From NCBI RefSeq assembly GCF_006345805.1, contig NC_042999.1:121520001-121584000 (forward strand): DNA of 64,000 nt, read 5' to 3'. The notes beneath the pieces are model-generated. The model saw only the letters and a list, made by a program, of their open reading frames with translations. It did no database searches and was not told where the DNA came from. This DNA is from Octopus sinensis. Lineage: Eukaryota. The number at the start of each line of letters is the position of its first letter. Position 1 is the stretch's first letter. This document shows, piece by piece, positions 26,556-39,569 of this stretch. The translations under genes and the position numbers were made by a program.

Positions 26556-27909
26556 GTGTGTGTTTGCAGGTATATGTGTGTGTGTGCAGGCATGTGTGTG
26601 TGTTCACATGTTTTGAAAGAGGCTAAGAGATTAACCATTAGAATGTAAATCTTAATTTCTATCATCAGACATTATGTAATATTATGATAGTATACTTGAA
26701 TAAAGTATGAAACCACAAGCTACATCATGGTTGTATTGTACTCCAGCTTTATTTTCATCAGTTTAATTGATAAATATCAGTTTATATTTTTGTGAAAGGA
26801 ATTGCTATACTAGATTTAAAATTCATATTTCTAGCTGAGATTTTATGTAATTGTGATCAATCACCAGGGTAGTGCACCACTGCTCTGGTTTGATTGTCAT
26901 CTAGTCATTGCAAATAGCTGACAGGCTGATAAAAATTTAACATTCCATTCACCTTTCCAGAATTTTTCATTAAGACAATTAAAAATTAATTGTTTGTTAA
27001 AGATAAGATTTGTTAAATAATCTAACAGTCATATCACTTGTGGGTTGTGTATGCTGAGGAGGGAGGTATAATGAGATGATATGGCCTCTTCACATAACTA
27101 TGGATATACTGCATGCAATGTTTCATAAGTTTCTCCAAACAGGCTATGATATTTTGGCTCATTTTCAGTACTTTATTATAGTAAGTAATAACTGCTTTAT
27201 CTTTATGGACTTATGCATCTGGCTTCCTAGCCTATGACGCTCACTTTCCCATCTGTAACATGGTACATTAGATGCAAATCAATATTTTGATACATTTAAA
27301 AAATTAAAAAATTCATTTTATATTCCAACAAATATAAGCAATGTGTTTTGTATATTTCCTTAAAGCATTAAAACTAGGCAATACTTACAAAATAAATGTC
27401 ACATTAAATGATCACATCAGAAGCTTAGGAAAATCTAAAAAGTCATAAAAAAAAGACGATTCTAATTTTACTAGTTACATACACACACTTTAAAATTGCT
27501 TTTGTTATTTATCTCCAGGCATATGAAAGTGTATGTGACAGTAAACAGAATACACACTTAGAACTGTAGGTCATTATTTAATTCTTGACAGTTCATTTCA
27601 GTCTTGATTTTAAGTTCATAGCTTAAGTGGAAGAATACCATTTTACAGATTGAAACAAAAATAAAATGGACAGGAATTTGAATACAGAATGAGGTGGTAT
27701 GATGTTGTTAGTAATGGGATGTTTAAATGAAAATTACATTCTAAAAATGTATAACAATTAGATTGATGGATGTTGGTTAATATATCTCATGGTTTTGTTG
27801 GAAAATGCAAAGTGTGTTTATCTTATTAGATAAATTCTTATTAAAGTATTTTCTAAATGTATGCAAAGTTGAATAACTTATTAAAAATATTATCAGTTTG
27901 AATATTAAG

Positions 27910-27991
27910 CATAATATTATGTTGAAATTTGTCATTAAAGCTTCTTGACTGAAAATAATAAAATTCCATTTACTATATCATTGTAATTAAT
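27910..27991. repeat. 82-bp perfect direct repeat, copy 2
   Basis: Identical to 26079-26160. Confidence 0.95.
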
Positions 27992-30084
27992 ATAACTATC
28001 AAGATTTGACATGTGTACTTTCCTTGGATTCTTTTCTCTTTTATTATTTTGTATTATCATTTATAAAACTGAGTTTATTAATATTATTTAAGTCTTTGTA
28101 ACTTTTTATGTTTCATTGCATTCTATAAAAATCAAACTCAGTTTTCTTTAGATTTGAGGTACATATGATTTAGTCAATGGCACTAAGGTACTGATGCTAC
28201 TTTATCAACTCTACATAAATATAATTCAAAACTGACCAATCAGAGAGATTTGAACTTTAATATGATAAGACAAATTATTTCATTCTACTAAAAATCAAGT
28301 GGCCTTTACTCTTTACATGAACACCACCCTGTACATAACTCCATGTCCCCCTACATGGCCTTGCTTTTTGCTTTTTGAGCCAAAAAATTAACTAACTAAC
28401 TAACTAAAATCAAGTATGTTTTTGAAATTCTGGATTTATATTTCTGTGTTTATATAGGCTGGATGCTTTATTCTTGAAGTAATTACAATTTCAAATGACT
28501 CAGATGTAAAGTAAAAGTGGAATACCTCAATAGCTCAAGTCAAACCTGAATATATGATCATTTCATCAAAATACAGCACCTTAACATCATAAATATTGTT
28601 TCATAATTATTTTTCATACATGAAAGTATTGAATTAACAGAGTTGTTAGAGTCTCTGAAAAAATGCTTCATGGTATTTTTTCCAACTATCTGGTCTTTCC
28701 TCCTTTCAGGATTAAAAAAAAGTTCCTATCCAAGCCAGTGGATTAAAAGAACTGTAAAAACTGGATACCTTGCATTATTTATTCCGTTTCTTTGCCTTCT
28801 GATTTTAAATCCTACCATGGCCTACTTGGATCATAGACTTAACCCGTCATCTGGTTTAATACCACCACCTTGCACCTCTTTACCCCTAGGGGAATTCATT
28901 TTTATTGCAATCATTTAAGTCAGGTTTCCAGTTTCAGAATACTCTCTCCCACCAGTCTTGGAGCCCTGTGATTGATCATAGGTACTTTCTTTCTTCCTGA
29001 TTAAAAGATTTTAGCATTCTCATATAGATTTTTATTATATTATTTGTATAATTTTATGTGGCATTACATCTGTATTTTCTCAGGTGTATGCATTATCCAT
29101 TATTCCTTCATTAAATAGGTTGCTCTAATACTTTGCTGACATGTTTTCTACTGTTTTTATTCATCATTGAATATTATGGCATGATTTTCATTTTTTTATG
29201 TAGATGTCGTGTAAATTATGTTGTCTTGAAGTAGTATGTGTACTGTATGTTTTAATGTGTGATATAATGAATATTGTTATGGCTCTTATAGATATGATAA
29301 TATATTTATTTTTTTCTTAATATCCAGTTTGAAATATACTACTTGTACTTTATATACTTTCAGTAAAGTTAAATTTTATGATCATGCTCTGATTTTGAGA
29401 TAAGAGCTTTTGATTTTATACAATGCAAAAGCAAAACAATCTATTTTACCTAGTGATTATATTATTGTATCCTATATAACATGATAATTGTGAGAAGATA
29501 AATTAGTAAGAAAGCATGTATATAGTATCTTGAATTGCTAGAAACGCCAGCCATGTTTCCCTCAATCATAAATAACCCTGCTTTCTTAAATAAAAAGAAC
29601 ACATTGGGTATCGCAATTTTTGATGTACAAAATGCTGGATTGGTCATTATTAGAGTGGTTATACTCATATATCTTCTCAATTGAAGTTGACCTGAGAATG
29701 AACAACAACAGTGACAACAGTATTATGACCACTTTAGAAAGGGTTAAGAAATATAAGAGAACTTATCTCCTTCATCTCCTTGTATGAGTCATATTATTGG
29801 TTGTCATCTTCTGTAATAGATTCTTTGTAGTAAGTTTATGACTTTGAACAAGAAAAAGAATGTTCTCTGCTTTTTCTTTTTATATATAACTCCAGATTCT
29901 CATGTTTGAAGCTCATTCATATCCCATTCACGCAACTCATACTGTGACGTATTTTCTTTCATCTCACTTTGTATCTGTGCCTTATATTCTGAGTCATCAT
30001 TAACACTATTTTTAAGGAGCAAGTTGGCAAAATCGTTAGCATGCCAAACAAAATGCTTAGCAGTATTTTGTTTATCCTTATATT

Positions 30085-30205
30085 CTGTGTTCAAATTTCA
30101 CCAAAGTCGACCTTGCCTTTCTTCCTTCTGTGGTCAATAAATTAAGTACCAGTTAACCACTTGCTTTGATATAATCGACTAGCTCCTTCCCACAAAATTT
30201 CAAGC
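30085..30205 (+). mobile_element. SINE family A core fragment
   Basis: ttcaaatttcaccaaagtcgaccttgcctttc..aataaattaagtaccagtt..atataatcgac is the reverse complement of the 13.7 and 25.1 kb copies. Confidence 0.8.
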
Positions 30206-30719
30206 TTATAGCAGAAAAGACTAATAATGCTATATTTAGTTTGCTGTATACTGAACCATTTCTTACTCCATCCTTTAAAAATGGTTCAACACATATTGGT
30301 CCCTTTCTTTAATTTTGCTTATTACAAATACAATCTTTGAAAGTTGCCATATTACATCATCATCATTTTTGCAGACATATCTATCATATCTTTTCTGATT
30401 TAGTTAAGAATTTCTGTGGTTACTGTAAATTTGCAACATCACAGGGTTTACTTGATTTATTTGAATCCTGGCATTAAGTTTTGTTTGCTTTTATACTGGA
30501 TTTTTCCATGCTAGCAAGGGTTAAATAAATATATTATTGAGGCATTGTTTTACATTTGGATGCAATTCTCAATATAGTAACCCTTACCTGTCTTTCAAGT
30601 AAGTGATCTTATTCTGTGTGTTTTGGGGGCAAGTTATTGACAAGAGAGGTGCCAGCAACGTTACTCAAACATTGTAACTTTTGAATAAACAAACATGCAT
30701 GCACTCTCTCTTTCTCACA

Positions 30720-30892
30720 TTCACACAAACACACACCCAGCCACACACACAAGATGGGCTTATTTCAGTTTCCATCTCTCAAATCTACTCTCAAGGCTTT
30801 GGTTGACCTAGTACTGCAGTATAAGACAGAGGGACTGAATTTGAAACCATGTGGTTAGAAAGCAAACATCTTAACTACACAGCGATACCTAT
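30720..30892 (-). mobile_element. SINE family B 5' fragment
   Basis: caaatctactctcaaggctttggttgacc..gggactgaatttgaaaccatgtggttagaaagcaaac matches the 22.4 kb copy. Confidence 0.7.
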
Positions 30893-33800
30893 ACCTGCAG
30901 TTTAGTAAGAATCATCTTTTATGTATGTAGTTTCTATCACATTGCAAACCCTTCCTTTAATACCCAATTTAATTCTATGAGTACAAAGTGTATATATAAC
31001 TTTTCTACGTAACTTCTGATATTTTACTACTTGATGGCAATTTTATCCTTTAGTGTGTTGCATGTTTAGCTCCTTTTTATTATCAATGTAAAGGAATGCC
31101 AAATTCCATAAAAAAGCATTTTGAATAAATGTTTTTATAACCAAAGCTTAAGCTGTCCAGTGATATTAATGGTTATACTAATTTTTGGCTAAATCCCAGC
31201 ATCTTGTGAAGCATGTAGAATGGAAATTTTTTTTAAATGCCGAGAGAAAGAGCTCGTAATCTTTATAGTTCTAAAAAATACTTTCTACTTTTAAACAAAT
31301 CAATTCACATCAGCATATTTGATTACATTACTTGAACCTAATTATTGGCTATTTTAATAAGCTAATTTTGGTGATATAGGAGCATGGAGCCAGTTGTTAA
31401 TTTTGACGGACATTAATCCAAGTTATACGCATATTTGTCTTTCTCATAACAGGTTTATTACTTGAAGTATGGAATTTACATCTTGAATTCGTTTCTTGCA
31501 TCTTTTCTGTTTAATCAGCCTGATTTATTCTTTAAAAGTGTGTTTTAAGTGAAAATATGCATGTTAGCAACTTCAAAAAAAAAAAAGTATTTTGCAATTC
31601 AGTGATTCTCAAGAATTAGTTTTCTCTCTCTCTTTGATTAATTCTTTCATCTTTCTTTTTACCATTCAGTCATATAATTGTGGGTAATACAGATATTTTG
31701 ATATGCAACCATTAAATAATCATGATGTCTTGAGGTCTTTCTCTACTGAGGAGGTCTATCTTATTGATTTTCATATTGCACTTCTGTAGGTTGGTGTTTG
31801 TAGTAAAGATAAGAAAGAGTAAAAACTCAAGAGGGCATAGATATGAGAAAGAATTAACTGTAATGTTTAGTGTGAGGTTTGGGAATAAACACTGGAGAGA
31901 AAGAAGAAACATTATTCTGTGTGCTAGTGGTTGGCATATTTTAGTGAGTAAATTATATCTGTCAGCTCGATGGTCTTTTTATGGGAATAGTGTAGGATGT
32001 TTATGTGTACATGTTTGTGGGTATATTTGTGGAGCTGTAACTCTGTACCAGAAATAGTAATCAGAGCTCTAAAGAAAGCTGACTTAAGCTTTGTAGTATG
32101 CCAGTAACTAACAAGGTTTTAAGTATTTTGGGCCCTTATATATGTAGTGACTCTTATTGCTCTGTGCTGTTTTTCTGTTTGGTTGAAATTGTCCAAGATT
32201 GTCACTGCAGTTTGTTATCAAAAAACAATTTGGAAATTGTCCAACCCTTTGCAGAAAGAAGCAGAATTATGATGGTTATCATCCTGCATAATAAATAATA
32301 AGACGTCTTAGTAAACAGTTATATACACAATTACATAGGCTATCTACAATATGATTTAGTCTTATCTGCAATGCTTCAGATCTTTTTATATTTTTTTGCA
32401 TTATAGCAAAATAATAAATACACTGCCAAGTTATGCATATATTTGGTTATCTATGTTCACTAAGTAAGTGTGGGATTTGAACACCACCACCACTAAAAAA
32501 AAAATATTTATTAACAAAACTTCTAAGTAAAGGTGAAAGAGAAATAATCACTAATAACTGAATTAGTAGAGGGAAATCTTCAACAACTATTAAAAAGAGT
32601 AAACTATTAACAGGGAACTAAACTGAAAATTATGAAACCTGAAGTGTTTTACCTTTTGTTACTGTATTTCTGTTGAAATACACTGCTTTTGTCTCAATTA
32701 ATTTTGAAAATAATGAAGAGTTCTGAAATATGACTTTGTCATTATTAACCTAGTGGTTGGAACATAAAGCAACATAAAATTTTTATGCAATTTGGATCAT
32801 TTTAAAAGAAGTTTTTATCATTGAGCCAGGTACAGTCTCAAGCAGGTTGCTATTAAAAGGGTTAAAGATATCTCTAAATTTGTTATTATTGTATGAACTT
32901 TAATATAGCTCCTTATTCTTAACCATGTAAACATAGAGCTTCCAGTTGCAATTTAATGAATAGGGATTTTATTACCAAGTTTGTAAGTTCAAATTTGAAA
33001 TTATATGAATGAAAATGAACAGTGGCATAGCATGTACAGAAAATAGTGGTCACTCATTTGTCAAATGGCATATACTTTCAACATATATTTGCCCTCAACA
33101 TGAAAAAAGTGACCATCTTATATTGTTTATATGCCCTGTGAACACCACACTATACCACTGAAAATGAAGATTCAGTTACAAGTTATTATAGAAACAAGCA
33201 GTAGTTATTTGAAAGATTCAAAATGTTTTCTCAATATAGATAGATATAGAGGTATTTTTTAATGTGAAACTTAAAGTAACTAATAAAGTAATTTATGGTG
33301 AAATTTTTTTATTGTTATAACATAAACTTACATAAACTTACCTGAAAAATGAATAATTAAAGAGAAGGCATAAAATTAAGCTAACAATTTCAATGTACTT
33401 TAATCTATAAATCTGCTTGAAGCTGTTACTGGAATCAAATTTTCTTCTGTAGAAAAACTTTGTTTTAGAGACTGAGGCATTTACTAAAGGGAAAATAAAT
33501 GTAGATAATATGAAAGTAGAGTGATCCTTGATAGAAAATGTTTATGGACAAGAGAATTAAATAAAAATTAGCTGGATATTTTTGAAATTTTGGTAAATGA
33601 CTTATTGATTTTAATATATAAAAACTTGTCAGAAGCTGCTTTTGAGGTTGCTTGTTCGACTTCCATATTTACTTAAGATATGTGTAATGCATGTCTTGGC
33701 TTAATTGAAATTTGTTTTTAATTTTATTAGAAAACATCAAGAAATATAAACATAATATTTTCAAATAAAAAAAGCAAATAAAGACGTAAGGCTATGTTTG

Positions 33801-35237
33801 ATGTTATGTAATTAGAAGAAATATTTGACACAGTATTAACCAAAAAGAAAATAAAAGAAAATGAAAAGAATTTTTTTCTAATTATGTGGCCTGGGTATGA
33901 TGGTATTTTGAATCATTAACTATAATAAACAGAGATATTTATAAGAAACTGTGTCATCATATACCTCGTATTTAATTTTTTTTCAGGTTACTGTTTTTAT
34001 TTTTCATATAATGTTTGATTTACTCATCATATAACCTCATAACATATTAACAACCGAAAGAAAAAAATCTGGAAATAAACCAATATTTTAAATTTTACTT
34101 GGTAATCAATGGAACACATTTGGATATTTGAACTTGATGTACTGGAATATTCATACAGTGATTACCAGCATGCCAAAGAAAAGAATACACAAAAAAAATA
34201 TCCGTATGGTAATTGTTCAGATTGGTTGGGAAAATGTGAGAAAATTTCTCTTGAGTTTATTTACAAAATACTGTTCTATTAATATCTCATTTGCAACACA
34301 TGCACACACATTACCAGTATCTTTGTAATTTCCTCTGCTATTTCGAAAACTAAAATTATGAAGTTTATAGTGAACCATAGCATAGAATACATTTAAGAAT
34401 AGTAATAGACACTTGCTAAAGGTGGCACTGTGAGGCATCTTTGGTAAGTGTATTTTGCTGTACTTAAAACTGTTTAAACAAGATAAGAATATTTTTCACA
34501 TCTATAAACAATACGAAGTACAGTTATGCTCTTCTGAAGGCCAGTGCTAAAACAATCTCTTACTTCAAAACCAAATAAGTAGTAGTAACAGGAGGGGCAT
34601 CCTTCTCTTAAATACTGTTTTAATAACTTTTCATCTAACCTATGTCACCAAGAAAAATAACATAAAAATGAATGAGTGATATATATGTATGTTCTCTTTT
34701 ATTTTTTATTTTTTGATATCTTCCTATAAGAAAGAAGCAGGTTTATAACAAAGATATAAAGTTCCATCATTAAAATATAGATAGCATAAAGAATGTCATA
34801 TGCTGAACTTGAGAAAAGTCTTGCATATTTTTACTGTTCCACTTACAAATTGCATTTCTAATATGCATATTATCTAGTTGATTTCTTTTTCTCAAAACAG
34901 TAGCATTTCCAAATTGTTACTTAGGTATTTACTAAGAAAACCAAATGCCCCATTTATTATTGGTATGAATGTAAATCTATAATCTAGGTATGGGACCTAA
35001 AAGTTTTGAAGTAGCTGTTTAGTAATTCACATCAGTAGGGTATTTGACCTGTATGATGGTGCATCATTTTTCTTGTCTGTCCCAAACTATATTTGGCTTG
35101 ATATGTTTGCATTTCATAGAAGTTTTGATGGGAATGTTCTGTCAATATTTTTTGTGTTGATGATTATGTATATATTCAGGAACAGGGAGATTCTACATAT
35201 TTATCCAAGAACATTCATTTTTTCAGATGGCATTTTG

Positions 35238-35776
35238 TGACGTCTGATCAAAAAGTATCAGGACAGGTTTTATAAAAAGGTAACTACAACACATCAATTT
35301 AGCATTTAATCTCCTTTGAAGTAGTCCACTTCTGAAGCTACACACTTTATCTTTCATCATTTCCAATGATAGAAACATTCTTGGAACTCCTCTTTTGGAA
35401 TAGCGAGCAGTTACCTTGTCACATTCTCTTGGATTTCTTTGACATCTTGAAATCTCATTCCTTTCAATTGAGATTTGATTTTTGCTTTGTTTTCTAGGTC
35501 ATATCCATAGATACACAATTTGTTACCTGTTATAACCATTTTCGAAAAGTTTTCATCTTCCTTGACACAATTAAGGAGATCCTGAAAACTGAAACTTGAC
35601 TGTTCTCTACACACTTTACTTCCAAGCACTGCTATAAACGATGGGACTGAGAATGTTATAACTTAGCATGCATTTGTGACAGAGTTCAAGGTCAATCTGT
35701 ACCAAGTGGCTTCATTACGTGTACTTTAGTTCCATTACCATAGCAACACTCCCAATATTTTTTTTATCAGACCTCA
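35238..35776 (-). mobile_element. Internally deleted mariner element (non-autonomous)
   Basis: TIRs tgacgtctgatcaaaaagtat (35238-) and tattttttttatcagacctca (-35776) followed by TA. Minus-strand peptide DENFSKMVITGNKLCIYGYDLENK (first-D block, VITGDE(T/S)W-like) is fused directly to the mariner C-terminus KIKSQLKGMRFQDVKEIQENVTR..IPKEEFQECF..KCVASEVDYFKGD. Confidence 0.85.
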
Positions 35777-35939
35777 TATATTATTTTCATAACAATATCA
35801 TGTTGCCTTGGGAGGTAGTACCTTGATATTTTTTGAATAGCTATTAATCATATGTGTGAGACTTCGACACTAGTGTGACATAATTGACATTTTGGTTATA
35901 ACTTTGGGTTCCAAAGCCTCACATGATCTACATTTCATA

Positions 35940-36830
35940 TACTTAATGAGGAGATTATAGATTTTCTTAAGACTGTGATGCATTTGGAGAGCTTGAATCA
36001 AAACTGTGAACATCAAAGTAGCAACAAAAGTTGAAGTCTATCAAGTATGTGTTTTGACAGCACCTGGACAACTTGCCACAAGCATATCCAATGTCTTGAG
36101 TGTTTTCACCAGTGATGCTTGTGTAATATCTTGAAAATCTCTTGGCCAACTCATGTATCTCATACAAGAGTATTGTATATAAGTACGGAGTCCATGATTA
36201 TGAAACACCAGCTTAGATGGTTTGATCATCTTGTCCATTTAGAGGATATCTGCCTGCCAAAGCAGGTGTTGCAGGGTAAGTTAGAACAAAGGAGACATAC
36301 CTTGTGCAAGCCAATTCAAAGACAATCCTAAAGATCAATAACGATAATAACACTTTGGAGTTTCTTGCTTCAGTGAGGGAGTTGTGGATGAATCTGATTA
36401 CTACTGGTTTTAAAGAAGTGAAGAATAACAGGGTTGCATACAGTGAGTTGAAACATGCTGGTAAATATAGGGGAGTGTGTGAGCCCTCTTACTCAGAAAG
36501 GCACAAAAGAGTCTCTTTTGTAGACTAGTGTTGTTGTGTCTGCTTCTCAAATGGTCGGCCTACTCAGTCATAAGCTTCGTTACAGAGTTGCTTCTGTCTA
36601 CCAATATGATATCAAGCATCATCTCTTTTGCACCTTGTGAAGCAGTGTGTGTAGGTTGACCACTCAATTCCCTTTATATTTTAGGTCCCAATACCCAGAT
36701 AGTCAGGTTGCTACTGGGCATTTGACTTGTGGTTTGTGTGGAATGACTTGTAAGTCTTTTGCAGGCCTTAAGAACCACGTTAGATGTCATCAGTGATTAG
36801 AAGCCCAAATTCAAGACTTTTTTTGAGTAA
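35940..36830 (+). mobile_element. 5'-truncated RTE-type LINE remnant with C-terminal zinc fingers
   Basis: Frameshifted translation [72 protein letters not shown] matches the RTE RT C-terminal region; the ORF ends in CGLCGMTCKSFAGLKNHVRCHQ* (36728-36796). Confidence 0.82.
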
Positions 36831-37230
36831 ATGGGTTTAAAAAGTAGTCTTATTTGCTCACAAGTTAACTTCCACCATGTATGTATGTGTGTGTATTTTT
36901 CAAGTATCTGCAACTGAAATGCATTTCACCATACCATGCCAAAAGTTTCTGTTCCTTATCAGCAGTGATAGGTCCCCAATTTCAGGTAGTGTGTTTATGC
37001 CTGTAATATAAATGAAATGATCACCAACATTCGTCTGCAGAAGTCTCCAATATCAGAGATGGGGGAGAATTTTTATAAACCTCCCATTTGGTGTTTTACT
37101 CATGTGATGAAATGTTCTAGGTCAACATGAGAAGTCTAACATACCTATAGCCGAAGCTATGTGCTCAAAGACAAACTGACACTTGATTGTAGCATTCTAA
37201 GGAGTGTTAACAAATTTTGTACATCACAGT

Positions 37231-37356
37231 TTTGTTACTCAGAGCTAGACATCCAGGAGGGATAGCTCACTTCTGTGAAACTTTATATTACTAGATTCTG
37301 AATGAAATCATATATACATAAATATATGTGTGTATTTGTGTGTGTATGTGCACGTG

Positions 37357-37389
<33 letters not shown>

Positions 37390-37504
37390 GTATATACATA
37401 TATATATGTATGTATATATATATATGATTTCATTCAGAATCTAATAATATGAAGTTTCACAGAAGTGAGCTATTACTCCTGGATGTCTGGTTCTGAGTAA
37501 CAAA
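37231..37504. repeat. Inverted repeat: two 86-bp arms around a (TG/CA/TA)n microsatellite spacer
   Basis: Arms 37231-37316 and 37419-37504 differ at 6 positions by manual alignment. Confidence 0.93.
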
Positions 37505-39569
37505 GCATTCACAGCTTCTACGTAAGACTGGCTATCATTGGATGAGGAGTGTAACTTTTATTGGCTGGTGAAGGAATCATGGCTGGCAACTGCTGCTATG
37601 TAGAAGTCAGTTTCAGTACACTGTGCTAACGTAGTTTTCCTTTTTCTATGTAAAGTTCCTGGCATTATGAGATTCAGTAAAGTTTATGGAAGATTGTGGG
37701 CATAAGGTTTATGGAAGTTTTAGTGAAATTTTATAGATGCTATTAAACCAATGAGTTGCAGTTCCCCTTGATGTCAGCTATAGGTATATAATTTAGTAGT
37801 TTTGTAAAGGAAAGTAGAGGGCTGTTGGTGTATGATAAGTAAACCCTATGCTCAATGTAATCTACTAAGGATTTTTAAAAAAACATAGTAACAGAATATA
37901 TTCCTTTTATTACATTTTATATATTTTCTTCTTTCACCACCTGTTCTGCTAATTTCATTACTACTGCTACTAATACTACCACTCCTGCTACTCTTACTTC
38001 TGCTGATACTTCTACTGCTATTTCCTCTGCCATCCCTCCACTCCTATTACTCATGCAGTTTGTGCCAACCTGTAGTCATAGACTGATATATTCTCTCCTT
38101 TGAAGTCATTTCTGTATACAATACTACAGAAATAAAAAAAAATGATATGGCTTGTGGATTACAATTAAATATCATGTTAACTGACCAATTTCTAACAACA
38201 GGCAATGACAACCAGAATGGCATACAACATAGTTGAAAAATGCATTTATCACCCTAAAGCTTATGTCCTGATAAGTTCACTCCAAATTAAATGCAGTGGA
38301 ACTACATCAATGGCCAAGTTGCAACTGATGCAATAAAAATTTGATAACAAATAATTGATATTTAAGTGAAGTTGAGTTCTTGTGTTGTGAATGGTTAATA
38401 TGTGTCTTCTATTCTGTAATTGTTTTAGTATCAACATATAGTCTTAGATCAGAGGACTTGCCAAACAAGTACATCTCTGATTCTGACAGTAGTATACTAG
38501 ATAATTTTTCTAGTTAAGCAATACAGCTGGTTGTTGATGAATGAAGATGAAACACTTTTCCTTATATTGCAGATGTCATTTGCAAATAATGTTAGAGAAT
38601 GCCACTTGTTCAAGGTGGTCTGTGTTGCTGCAAGGAGAGTAATATTGTGTGACTATGGCTTTGTGTTCTGATGCAGGGGATGTTCTTAGAACATGTCATT
38701 CAATGGCTCTCCACTTTCCCCTTTGCAGAGTTTGCTTGCTATGTAGTCTATTGAGTTAGAAGAGGTGCTGTCAAAATGGTCAATGTCATTACCATGGATT
38801 TTGAACCTAGTCAGAGCTCATCACAGTCCTCTGAATCATTAGCTCCTCTCAAACCATCCAACCAATGACAGCATAGTAAAAAAAAAAGGATGTTAAATGA
38901 TAATGATGATACTTATAATGATGAATATGTATGTATTATGTTGCTTTTGTTCTTGCTTTTGTCTCTAGTTCAAATTCGATAGAGACCTTTTGCAATTACT
39001 GATCTGTTTACCAGCCCTTATTTTAGGTTTATACCCCACCTCTCTCTCTCTCTCAAATCTCATGTCATCATTCAAGTTGACATCCAGAGTTTTGAGAGCT
39101 ATTGTTCATTACGAGGCATATTGTTAGTAAGAAATTCTTTTTAAAATTTTCACTTTGAATATGCAAATTTTAGAATACTCATCTTGGGTAGAATCTTGCA
39201 ACAATTAACAGGCAGCTCTTATAGTTGATATCAAGTCTATCAGCTATTATTTACTGTTATTATTTCACAATTTTTATTCTGATTGACCAGCAGAACAACC
39301 TAAAACAATGAAGTCAAAGTTTATCCTAATTGATAATTTAGAATATTAATATTATACTTTTTTAGTGGCACAGCAGCATTTCAATGGGATTTCACTCTTC
39401 ATCATCATCATCATCATCATCATTTAGCGTCCGTTTTCCATGCTAGCATGGCTTGGACGGTTCAACTGGGGTCTGTGAAGCCGGAAGGCTTCATCAGGCC
39501 CAGTCAGATCTGGCAGTGTTTCTACGGCTGGATGTCCTTCCTAACGCCAACCACTCTGTGAGTGTAGTG

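Noticed and set aside
38560-38870. Minus-strand LFANDI as an RT YADD-like motif
   Set aside because: No other RT motifs could be aligned; too weak to call.
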